This document shows positions 53,501 through 64,000 of a stretch of 64,000 nucleotides of DNA, piece after piece. Origin of the DNA: Mobula hypostoma (taxonomy: Eukaryota); NCBI RefSeq assembly GCF_963921235.1, contig NC_086108.1, positions 3,348,001-3,412,000 on the forward strand, read 5' to 3'. How positions within the stretch are numbered: position 1 is the first letter of the stretch; each line of letters starts with the position of its first letter. Made by a program: the position numbers and the translations under genes. The notes beneath the pieces were generated by a model. That model saw only the letters and a list, made by a program, of their open reading frames with translations, was not told where the DNA came from and did not search any database.

Positions 53501-54606
53501 CAATGAGCCCGTGGTATTACAGAAATGATACTAGCATTGATAGAACATTGGCTGACTGGCAGGAGGCAAAGAGAGGAAATAAAGGGACAAATGAGAAAAT
53601 CTGCAGGTGCTGGAAATCCACAAAATGCTGGAGGAACTCAGCAGGCCAGGCAGTATCTATGAAAAAGTACAGTCAATGTTTTGGGCCCAGACCCTTTGGC
53701 AGGTCTGGAAATAGAGGGTCTTTTCTAGTTGGCTGCAGGTGACTCGTGTTGTTCCACAGGAGTCTGTATTTGGACTGCTTCTTTTTATGTTATATGTCAA
53801 TGATTTGCATGAGGGATTTGATTGCTTTGTAGCTAAGTTTGTAGACGTAAGGATGTAATGCTGAGGCTTTATAAGGCACTGGTGAGGCCTCACTTGGAGT
53901 ATTGTGAACAGTTTTTGGCTCCTTGTCTATGAAAGGACGTGCTGACATTGGAGAGTGTTCAAAGGAGGGTCACAAAAATAATCCTAGGATTGAAAGGCTT
54001 ATCATACGAGGAGCATTTGATGATTCTGGGCCTATACTAACTGGAATTCAGAAGACTGGGAGGAGGGGTCTAATTGAAACCTATAGATTGTTGAAAGGCC
54101 TCGACAGAGTTGAAGTGGAGAGGATGTTTCCTATGGTGGAGGAGCCCAAGGCCAGAGGATGCAGACACAGAATAAAAGGACATCTTTGTAGAATGGAGAG
54201 GAGGTATCTCTTTAACCAGATAGTGGTGAATCTGTGGAATTTGTTGCCACAGGTGGCTGTGAATTCCAAGTCATTAGGTATATTTAAGGAAGAGGTTGAT
54301 TAAGATTCTTGATTAGTCAGGGCATGAAAGGATAGGGGAGATCGGTCTACATCCCTGGGTTCTGAAAGAGATAGTGGAGGCATGAGTAATGATCTTTCAT
54401 GAACCGATAGATTCTAGCATGGTTCTGGAGGGCTGGAAAATTGCAAATGTCACTCCGCTCTTCAAGAAGACATAGAGGCAGAAGAAAGGAAATTAAAGGC
54501 CAGTTAGAGATTGGGCTGAGAGGGAATATGGATCAGCTATAATGAAATGGCAGTGCAGAATCGATGGACAAAAGGGCTTAATTGTGCTCCTATATCTTAT
54601 GGTCTA
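50560..54606 (+). mobile_element. Second long CR1 LINE, heavily decayed
   Basis: ORF1 (CCLPGARV, VHIDT) and ORF2 (KGDFNM, ILDLVLCN, SQHGFLKGKSCLTNL, LDFQKAFDKVPH) fragments; Penelope repeat nested at ~53585-53705. Confidence 0.9.
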
Positions 54607-55050
54607 AATACCAAAACTCACAGTCCCTTGTGTCAATGCTCTTCTGTACCCCCTCTAAAGCCTCCACATCCTTCCTGTAATGTCGCGACCAGAATGACAT
54701 ACCTTTGTTTTGTTCTTATGATTAAGGCAAAAACTTCAATCATTATATTTATAAAAATAACTTCTGTCTAAAGTGCTTAAACATGCAGAAGAGTGTCAAG
54801 CAGTGTGTACAGTATAAAGGGATAGATCTGTTCAAGGTCAAATCCATGCACAAGTCCAGGTCTGCACAGGTGCAGTTAGAAATTACAGCATCATCACAGC
54901 TACATAGCATCAGATACACAACACTCTCAAAAAGACATAAAATAAATTGTACCAAAGAAGGAACACACTTAGAACCACTGTTGACCAAAAGCTGAATAAA
55001 AATTGTTGCATAAACCAACTTAAAAAGAGAGTCTGCAAATTTTCTGATTA

Positions 55051-55542
55051 CACTGGACAAAAAAAAAGATTTTGCTTCCTGAATACTTTTGGTGCATCTT
55101 ATGGTTTTGGGTCGATGAAATTGACCTATCCTGCACCATTGTTTGAAATCACCCCGATTTGTTGTTTCAATTCATAATTCAAGTCAGAATAACTGATGCC
55201 AAGATTAAGGAAGGAATTTTTGTTGGTCCACAGATCAAACAGGTCATCAATGACAGGCAATTCAAAGAACTTCTAGTGGGACCGGAGAAAATCACATGCA
55301 AGGCATTCAAGGATGTTGTTGAAGATTTTCTTAGCAAATACAGAGCACCAAACTACATGCAGCTGGTTGAAAACATGCTCCAACCATATAAAACCATGAA
55401 GTGCAACATGTCACTAAAGATTTACTTTCTGCATTCCCATTTAGACCTCTTCCCTGCAAATCTTGGTGCTGTTAGTGAGGAGCACGGTGAAAGGTTTCAC
55501 CAGGACATTGCGGTCATGGAGAAACGGTATCAGGGCAACTGG
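55051..55542 (+). mobile_element. Chapaev-type (CMC) DNA transposon fragment
   Basis: DAKIKEGIFVGPQI..CNMSLKIYFLHSHLDLFPANLGAVSEEHGERFHQDI..MEKRYQGNW; upstream segment starts with CAC. Confidence 0.75.
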
Positions 55543-55622
55543 GTCCCTAGAATAAATCTTCCCCTTTCAACATTTACCCACCATCTGGCCAGTGAATTGT
55601 AGTCGTCAACAATGGTTCCTAC

Positions 55623-55746
55623 CTTGAATACAGTTCCAATCGCTGCATGGAGGATGGTTGAGAGGCGATTTTTAATCTATCAACAATATACCGGATAAGG
55701 AAGAAGACAATAACGAAAACTATCACCGAAATGGAAAACATGTTTG
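55623..55746 (-). CDS. Candidate transmembrane exon of an unidentified gene (NMFSISVIVFVIVFFLIRYIVDRLKIASQPSSMQRLELYS)
   Basis: Strong acceptor ttttcttccttgttcattgcag| and donor AAG|gtagga; 124 nt open frame with a hydrophobic run followed by R/K. Non-repeat sequence between two TEs. Confidence 0.65.
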
Positions 55747-55975
55747 CTGCAATGAACAAGGAAGAAAACTGAGCCAGAGTCGTAATATGTTATTATTATT
55801 CTATAGATTATTGAGTATACTCACTCCACCAGGTTAAGGAATAGTTATTACCCCTCAACCATCAGGCTCTTGAACCAAAGGAAATAACTTCCCTCATCCA
55901 TTAGTGAAATGTTCCCACGACATAATGAATTTACTTTCAAGCACGCTTCATCTCATGTTCTCAATATTTATTGCT

Positions 55976-58900
55976 TATTATTATTTTATTTTCTCAGCTC
56001 AAGCTAATAAAACCTGAGGTACGGGCATAGCCAAGCACACTCATTTCTCAATTGCTAGGAACCTTTGGACTATTATAGTGGTGCTTAGTATTGTGGTTTT
56101 CTGGAGATTTGCATAGATATTATTATGTAGGACTAATTGTTTAATGCAATTGTGTAGTGCCTTTGTAGATATTACAATTGGGACAATGTATACCCTGTTC
56201 ATGTTCCATTGTCTTTAACCATATAACCATATAACAATTACAGCACAGAAACAGGCCATCTCAGCCCTTCTAGTCCATGCTGAACTCTTACTCTCACCTA
56301 GTCCCACCGACCTGCACTCAGCCCATAATCCTCCATTCCTTTCCTGTCCCTATATCTATCCAATTTAACTTTAAACGACTTTCATTTCCTCTTTTAATTC
56401 AGCATATTTCTGGTGTTTTTCACATTATTGATTACCGTAAGTTATGTGTGCTTGGAATGGCTATATCTATTAAATAAGTTGTTCTTGCTTGTTTATCCTG
56501 TAATATTATATCCAGATGGTTGTTATGGATGTCCTATCTGTAATAACTGATCGGTCATAATATAATTTGTGGTATTCTCACTCTAAAGCTGGAACAGGCT
56601 TGTATTCATTAAAGTATGATTTCATTTATGATATTGTATTTTAAAGCAAGATTTTGGAGAATGAGTTTGCCATTTGATTGTGCCTGTGTAAGTAATCAGA
56701 TTGAGTTAAACTGCTGCAGGATCCTGTAATGTGTTGGATTGTTTCTGTTTTTTCTCTGCATTTTCTACATTTATCACCTTGAATGTGTTGGCCTTTTATC
56801 ATGTATTTCTGATATGTGATTCTGATAATAAGTTCAGTGGTGTGTACTTCTTATCAGAATCACATATGCTTGTGTGGAGTGCTGATTCTTGTTTTTGTTG
56901 GTGGAAGTACATCCTTAGTAGTTTTATCTGACTGTTGTGTAGATTTTTAATATCTGTTATTCCTCTTCCCCCTTCTATCCTAGGTAGTGTTAATCTAAAC
57001 ACATTCAAATCTACATAATGTTTTCTGAAATTTGTCATTTCAGTTCTTAGTTTTCTTTGTAAATTTTCCAGATTGGTTTTGGACCAAGATATTTTGCCAA
57101 AAGAATACGTTGATATAGGTCTAGTGAAAGTGTTCATTGCCTTTGTTGTATTTTTACTGTTAAGCTCTATTTGGCAGATTTTCTTAAGCTTTGAAGCAAA
57201 TTCTGTCAGAAGTTTTTTTTTCCTTTATCATACTATGATCTATTTTCTTGCCTTGTTGATATCCAAGATGTTTATATGTTTCATATTCAACCATCCTGTT
57301 GCTCTGTTTTGCATTGTATTAGCTCAATTGCATCTTTCCTTATGTTTCATGTTCTGTACTTATCCAGTCCAAAGTTCATGTTTATATCTTTTGAAAATAG
57401 TTCTACTACTTGAATTAATTGCTTTAGTTTAACTGATGAAAGGGCGTATAATTTCAAATCTTCCATGTATAGTATGTGTGTTCAGGTATAGCTCATTTTG
57501 TTGTTTCTGATTTGATACTCATATTTTCGTCCGATTCAGTAAATAGGAGAGCGGGTTTTAAGCTAGACAGTCCATAGTAGACTTGGAGAGTTGCCCTGGA
57601 AAATGCCTCAGTTTATTTTGATAACGGTGGTTGTTCTTTTTTGGTTGTTAATAGACAGGGTGATTACTGTACGCCAATCAGATGTTGCAGGAATTTGACA
57701 AGTATTGGGTGTAGTTTATATGTATTAAGAACTTCTATTAACCATGTGTGTGGGACAGAGTCAAATGCCTTTTGAAAGATTTCTGCTTTCCCGCCGGGCT
57801 TGATTTAGAATTACGGAATCTATTATCAGTTGTTCCTTGCATCCTTTCGTACCCTTACAGCGTCCTTTCTGCTCTTCTGTAAGTTTATTGTGGCTATGTA
57901 AGTGAGTGCTGATTAGTTTTGTAGATACATGATGTTACAATTTTATATATAGTTTGTAAGCCAGTTATAGGACAATATTTTGATGGATCTTTATGATTTC
58001 CCCCTAGGTAGAAGATGTGTCTTACCTTCTGTAAATAAATAAATAAATAAATTCGGGCTCTTTTTCAGGATTTAAAAAAATTGTTGATAGGTACAGATGA
58101 AGGCAAGTAAAATTTTTATACCAATAATTATGAATATTATCACTGCCTGTACTTTTCCGGTTGTGGGTATTTTTTATAACCTCTTTCAGCATATCCATTG
58201 TAACTTCAGGCATTTGCATTTCCTCAGTGTGTGTGTACGTTCTTTTTCCCCCCAATCCAGTTTGCTTCACGATTGTGCTTCATCCTGTTTGACCAGCTAG
58301 ACCAAAAGTTCATTATCTCTGTGTTTGCTGGTAATTCTGTGCAGGGGTTGGTGACATTTTGGTGCATCAAATTTAGTTTCAATATCCTATATAAACCTTC
58401 ATCATTGCTTCTGAACTGATCATTCTGTTTTCTTTACCTGTTGCATTTCGTGTATCTATTTTGTATGCACCAAGCTTTTGTTTTCGTGTATCTATAAACT
58501 CTACAGCGCTTGTGTTAGGCTGATTGTATCTTGTATGAATCTTGTATTTCCTTAGTATTTCCTGAGCTTTTCTCTTGACTTTCTTGCTCAGAATATCCAT
58601 CTTATACTCCACTAGGCAGGCCATTTCGGCTCTTAAAGTTAAAATTTTGTTTCTTAATCTCCTTTGCCATTTTGGTGTTCTAATTCCATTACTCAGCCTT
58701 GAGTTTCTATTAATGAGTTCCTCTATTAACCAATTTCCCCTGGGATCAATAAAGTATGACTACTACTACTACTATTTTGGAGCCATTGCACTGTACTGTT
58801 GTTGTTAATGCTGCACAGTATGCAATTGTGTGAAGTTCTTCAAATGGTTCAAGTTTTCCTAAATGTTGTGATAATATAACATTATTGAGAATATTAACAA

Positions 58901-60023
58901 TTTTTGCAAATTTTGATGATATATTTTGTTTTGGTATTTTAAGTTCTTTTTGTTGGGTCAATGTCCATATATTCTGTTAGTGTGAAGTTAAATATTAGGA
59001 TAATTTTGTCTGTAGCTCAGCTTCGTCGTCAAAATTCTGTGGAGGCTCTGGGTCTGCGTTGTTGCTGTTACCATTCAATTGTGAAGCAGTTGAAATAATT
59101 GTATTTTCATCAGTGCTTTGGTGGGTTCCATCTTCAATATTTTCTTGTGTAGTATTGTCGTGCTCCTTAGGTTGGTTTCCTTCTAGCTCTTGTGCAACTT
59201 CATGTTTTATTTGTTTTAACACGTCTACAGGGATTAAGTTATTTTTTTACTATCAGTCTACGTTGATCTGCTATTTGTTGTGCACTTACTTGCGTGGAGG
59301 GATATTGTGCTATAAACTGTTGATGAAGTTTGTCCCTGCATGCTGTCATGTCAGTCTCAAGCTCTGTCACTTGATGATACACGTACATTATAAATGTGTT
59401 TAATTCTAGTGACTATTTTGTGCAGTACGCGTCTATTTTAATTGCCTTAGCGTTCTCAGTAGTAAGCAGACTGCTCCCCTGTAGCAGTCTCAGCCTGTGA
59501 AGTTGGTGGGCTGCTTTGAAAGCTGGCAGTATCTTTTCTGACATTCAACAGTACACCACTAGCGGTTTGCTTACTGTCATGCCCAGTGCTATATCCCAGG
59601 CGTGCCCAGGCAGTGGCCGTATCACTCTATTCTGCAGACACCTCTCCATTTCTAAGGCGAAAGGGTATTGCTTTTTACACCTGCAGCCAGGTTTTAGTCC
59701 CCAGCCACCCCTAACATGGAGAACAGGTGCTGACCAGAGCTCTGCCCAGTCTGGGTATAGACGTATCTGCATTTGTTTCAGGATCTTGGGGGAGGGTCCG
59801 TGGCAGCAGCTGATTATATGCCAATGGATGTCTTTGCCCCAGGTCCCAGACTGTTCCGCAGAGCCCAAAACCAAGCCCCGGTTCCTCACCTGTCCCCCGA
59901 GCACAGGCAGCTCAGTGGCTCACCGTCCGACGGGTTCTCCAAATTCTGCCTCCTGCTGCCGGAGGCCGGTGCTGTTGTCTCATCCCATCCACAGTGGTGC
60001 TGCTGCTGGCGGGGGTTATTATT
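55976..60023 (-). mobile_element. R4/Dong-clade site-specific non-LTR retrotransposon, near full length, decayed
   Basis: KSTGSDNIHNYWYK, GIFQGNS, HILYMEDLKLY, LPRIEGGRG, CRKC zinc knuckle, LDII..DK..LIDIAIP (RLE nuclease), LQKTTILSTTIIVQRFL; TAA repeats at both ends. Confidence 0.85.
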
Positions 60024-60459
60024 AGTATTTTGTATCTACTGTGAATGCCTGCAAGAAAATGAATCTCAGTGTTGTATATGGTGACATTGTACTTTCTTCT
60101 TCTTAAATCTTTTCAAATCTTTTTATTATTATTATTATTATCCAAAATTAACAAGAGTACATCGAAGTAGGCAACACTTACAATGTCTCAAGCAAAAAAA
60201 CATTGTTTTAAAGATTGAAAAAATTTTGGTGACAAAAAAAAGAGAAAAAAAACCCTACTAAGCAAGGAAAAGTGAGAAAAAAAACCCATTAGGTGTTCAA
60301 CCCTGGAGCCATGCCTCCTACAAAAAGCTTCTAAAGATAAACATCAAACCACGACATCGTACTTTGACAATAAATTTACATTAAACTTTATGAACATTAA
60401 TGTGACTATTTATATCCCCATGCGATACTATCAACAAGCTTTTTTTTCTTATTATGCAG

Positions 60460-61222
60460 ACCAAAGAACTGATTGTGGACTTCATAAAGGGTAAGACGAG
60501 GAAACACACACCAGTCCTCATCGAGGGATCGGAGGTGGAAAGTGAGCAACTTTAAGTTCCCGGGTGTCAAGATCTAACCTGGACCCAACATATTGATGCA
60601 GCTGCAAAGGAGGCACGACAGGGGAGATTTCATTAGGAGTTTGAGGAGAGTTGGTTTGTCACCTGAAACACTCACAAATTTCTGCAGATGTACCATGGAG
60701 AGCATTCTGACTGGCTGCACACCGCCTGGTATCAGTGTCAGGAGCTACTGCGCAGAATTAAAATGAGCTGCAGAGAGTTGCAAAATTAGTCAGTTATGTC
60801 ATGAGCAAAAGCCCGCGTGGGACATCTTCATGGAGTGATGCCGCAAGAAGGCAGCATCCATATTAAAGACCTCCATCAGCCAGGACATGCTCTCTTCTCT
60901 CTGTTACCACCAGGGAGGAGGTACAGGAGCCTGAAGACCCACACTCAGCGATTCAGGAACAGCTTCTTCCCCTCTGCCAGCAGATTTCTGAACGGACATT
61001 GAACCCGTGACACTACCTCACTACTTTTTTTTTCTTTTTGCACTATTTATTTAATTTAACATTTTAATATATTCTGTCATTTCTAGTCTTCATTATTTTG
61101 GATTGCAATTTTCTGCTAATTCTGAGAGGAAAGAAGAAAAAGAGAAAACATTGTACAGTGTACTGCTGCAAAAACAACAAATTTCACTGCACAATGCTGG
61201 TGATATTAAACCTGACTGACTC
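60460..61222 (+). mobile_element. Rex1/Babar LINE 3' fragment
   Basis: Homologous to 550-1320; HPGHALFSLLPPGRRYRSLK. Confidence 0.85.
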
Positions 61223-62629
61223 TGAATAATGCAGGTGTGAAGTCAAACGCACAGTGAAAATTCCCACAGCTGTCTGTAAGGTGTTTCCCTGTAACCACAT
61301 GGGTTTCCACCGGGTGCTCTGGTTTCCTCCCACAGTCCAAAGACGTACCGGCTGGGAGGTTAATTGGTCATTGTAAATTATCCCGCAATTAGGCTAGGGG
61401 CAATCAGGGCATTGCTAGACAGTGTGGCTCAAAGGCCCAATTTTGCTCTTAATCTAGATTAAATAAATAAACATCAAATATATATTGACAATGTGTGACT
61501 GTCTGTCAATTATGAACACGATGCACATTCACAGAAGCACAAGTGCCAAGCTTACATAGATTATGCATGTACTTACACACAGCTACACACACAAGTGGAA
61601 AAACTTGTCAGGTCCACAGGCCAATTCGGCCTACTCAGTCAAGTTCACACCAGAATGGGCCAGTCCGAACCAAAGTGGCAGGCAAAAGTGCCAATTCTCA
61701 GAGGGGAAAAAAGAGTGAAAATATTGCATGTGCAATGGCTTATATAGATATCAGGCAAGCATCTGGTAGCACCAGGTTCTTGCAGAGAAACCATAGCAAC
61801 AAAATGCTGAAGCATCACAATTATGGAGTGAGATCATCACCTTGTTTTGTGTGGTCAGCTGCTTAGTATGGTTGCTCTCAGTAACAAAAACTCTGGGACT
61901 GCTCTGTGAGCGAATGGCTATTCTTCAGAGGACAACCATAAGCAGGACACACAATTGGGTTTATTATCACTGAATCATGGCATGAAACATGTCGTTTATT
62001 AATTTTCAATTCAATTAAGTTTAATTGTCATTCAACCATGCATATCCCCTCCAAGAGGACCACAACCTGTCGTAGGGTTTAGAGTCTTGCGTGCCTCAAT
62101 GACCAGAGCACTATGTTGGCTGGAGTCAGGGCTTTATGCTTTGGCTCTTGGTAGGGTCACCCATGCCAAACAGGTCAAAGGGTAGAGGCCAGACTAAGGG
62201 TGGCCCACCGGTCCTCAAGGCTTGGGAGCTTAACTCAGGGCTAACAACAAAACAGTACGGAAACAGCCATAAAGAATCCTATATCTGAGTGTGAGGGTAT
62301 TCCTGAGCCTCTACCCAGGACTTGCATGACTGACAGTAGTGAAAACTGAGAGGAGGCTACTGACATGATGAAGGAAGCCCTGAACACCACCAGAGATGGA
62401 GGACCTTCATTGCTGCCCTAAACGCCAGGAAGTAAGTCACCATACATGAATGCCCATTGGTACACCCAAACGAGACAGTGTTATTCCGGGGTCAAGATGC
62501 CTAACACAGCACCAACACTCACCCACAGCACCAAGCACACACAGCACATGCAAGGTAGCAAGCACATCGAGACGCCGGTAAGACAGAGCCACACAAAAAA
62601 AGTCCAGACTCGAGCCACAGTGGTTGGGG

Positions 62630-63515
62630 GCAGATTTTACAATTAGTTAATACTTCCTCTATTTGTGCTAAACATTCCCTAATTCAATTTAAAGTGGTGC
62701 ATAGAGCACATATGTCCAAAGATAAGTTAGCGCGTTTTTACTCGCATATTAATCCTTTCTGTGATAGATGTTCGGGGCAGATAGCCTCTTTAACTCATAT
62801 GTTTTGGTCTTGCCCTACTTTGGAAACTTTTTGGAGAGATATTTTCAATATTATTTCTAAGGTATTAAATATAGATATCTCTCCTCACCCTATTACTGCT
62901 ATCTTTGGACTACCTAAAATTTCTAGTAATCTTTCCCCTTCAGCCCGTAGAATGATTGCATTTCTTACTTTAATGGCGAAAAGATGTATTTTACAACATT
63001 GGAAAGAGCTTAATGCTCCAACTACCTTTTTTTGGTTTTCTCAGACGATTTTATGTTTGAATCTGGAGAAAATTAGAAGTAACCTTTATGATTCTTCATT
63101 TAAATTTGAACAGATTTGGGGACCTTTTATTCGATATTTTCATTTAATGTAATATTTACCCTTCTTGTTCTTTTTTCACTGTTTTAATGGAGGTCGGGAT
63201 TGAGGACGTGATTTTAAGTTTAACTCTGTTTGGTTTCAAGTTAGCCCATTGCTTTGCTTTGCTTTTAGTTAGTTGCACGGTGGGTTTTTTTTGGGGGTTT
63301 TTTTTTTCTTTTTTTTCCATTGATATATATAAAATCTAGTATACTATTATGTTATCTTGGTTTCTTATGCTTAAATTACATTGTTTGTAGTATTTTCTTT
63401 TTGGTATTGTTATCTTTTGGAATTTTATTATACTTTAACATTGTATTAATGTTTATATGGCTTACCTTTTTTGTATACTTACTCAATAAAAAGATTTAAA
63501 AAGAAAGAAAGAAAG
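62630..63515 (+). mobile_element. L1-clade LINE 3' end, young
   Basis: Open ORF2 C-terminus with CDRC..LTHMFWSC knuckle; T-rich 3' UTR; aataaa + (gaaa)n tail. Confidence 0.92.
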
Positions 63516-64000
63516 ACTAACTTTTTACCATTAATAGACCATATTATTCAACTTTCATCTAAATGGTTTTCTTTATATTTAACTTTGATTGGTCGTATTA
63601 ATACAGTTAAGATGTTTTTTTTGCCAAAATTTTTATATATATTTCAGGCATTACCAATCTTTGTTCCAAAATCTTTTTTTGACAAAGTTGACTCTAAAAT
63701 TGCTTCATTTATTTGGCAGAATAAAAACCCGAGACTGGGTAAAATACATTTACAGAAAGCTAAGAGAGATGGAGGCTTAGCATTACCTAACTTTAGATTT
63801 TATTATTGGGCAATTAATATTCGACATATGAAATTCTGGTTACTTGACCAGGATATACTATCCATTCCCAAATGGGTAGCATTGGAATTACAATCTGTTC
63901 AGGGTTTTACACTTGGCTCTATTTTAGGTTCCTCTCTTCCTTTTGATTTGAAACGCCTTAAACAGGTGTCTAACCCGATAGTTAAATATTCCTTGCGTAT
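63516..64000 (+). mobile_element. Second L1-clade ORF2 fragment, open to the window end
   Basis: LIGRINTVKMFFLPKFLYIFQALP..FIWQNK.PR..DGGLALPNFRFYYWA with no stops. Confidence 0.92.

Noticed and set aside
54692..54770. Possible extra minus-strand exon (AAG|gtatgt donor)
   Set aside because: Weak acceptor, AT-rich, and stops in the frame required to follow the TM exon.
59516..60084. Overlapping 100-170 aa ORFs
   Set aside because: GC-rich 5' leader of the Dong element with no recognisable protein motifs.

Overview
Repeat-dense vertebrate genomic DNA. The repeat set (CR1, Rex/Babar, Penelope, V-SINE, Tc1) suggests a cartilaginous fish, probably a ray; this is inference. The only confidently identified host gene is SIRT2 on the minus strand. 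Its coding exons 1-8 were reconstructed by hand (31820 down to 5144, 495 nt = 165 aa, all GT-AG, frame-consistent); the later exons presumably lie before position 1. Upstream on the same strand are three candidate exons of an unidentified single-pass membrane protein gene (55623-55746, 44938-44995 with a GC donor, and a terminal exon starting at 36283). Most of the rest is transposable elements. These include Penelope-like repeats carrying minimal hammerhead ribozyme motifs (a perfect copy at 48716-48753), a near full-length R4/Dong retrotransposon in a (TAA)n site, a Chapaev-type transposase fragment, a Tigger4/Zombi-like pogo element, several Tc1 elements, two long decayed CR1s, a Nimb fragment with a TSD, tandem L1 fragments and two tandem-repeat arrays. 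Most ORFs in the supplied track are TE fragments or repeat artefacts. TE boundaries are approximate unless TIRs or TSDs are quoted.
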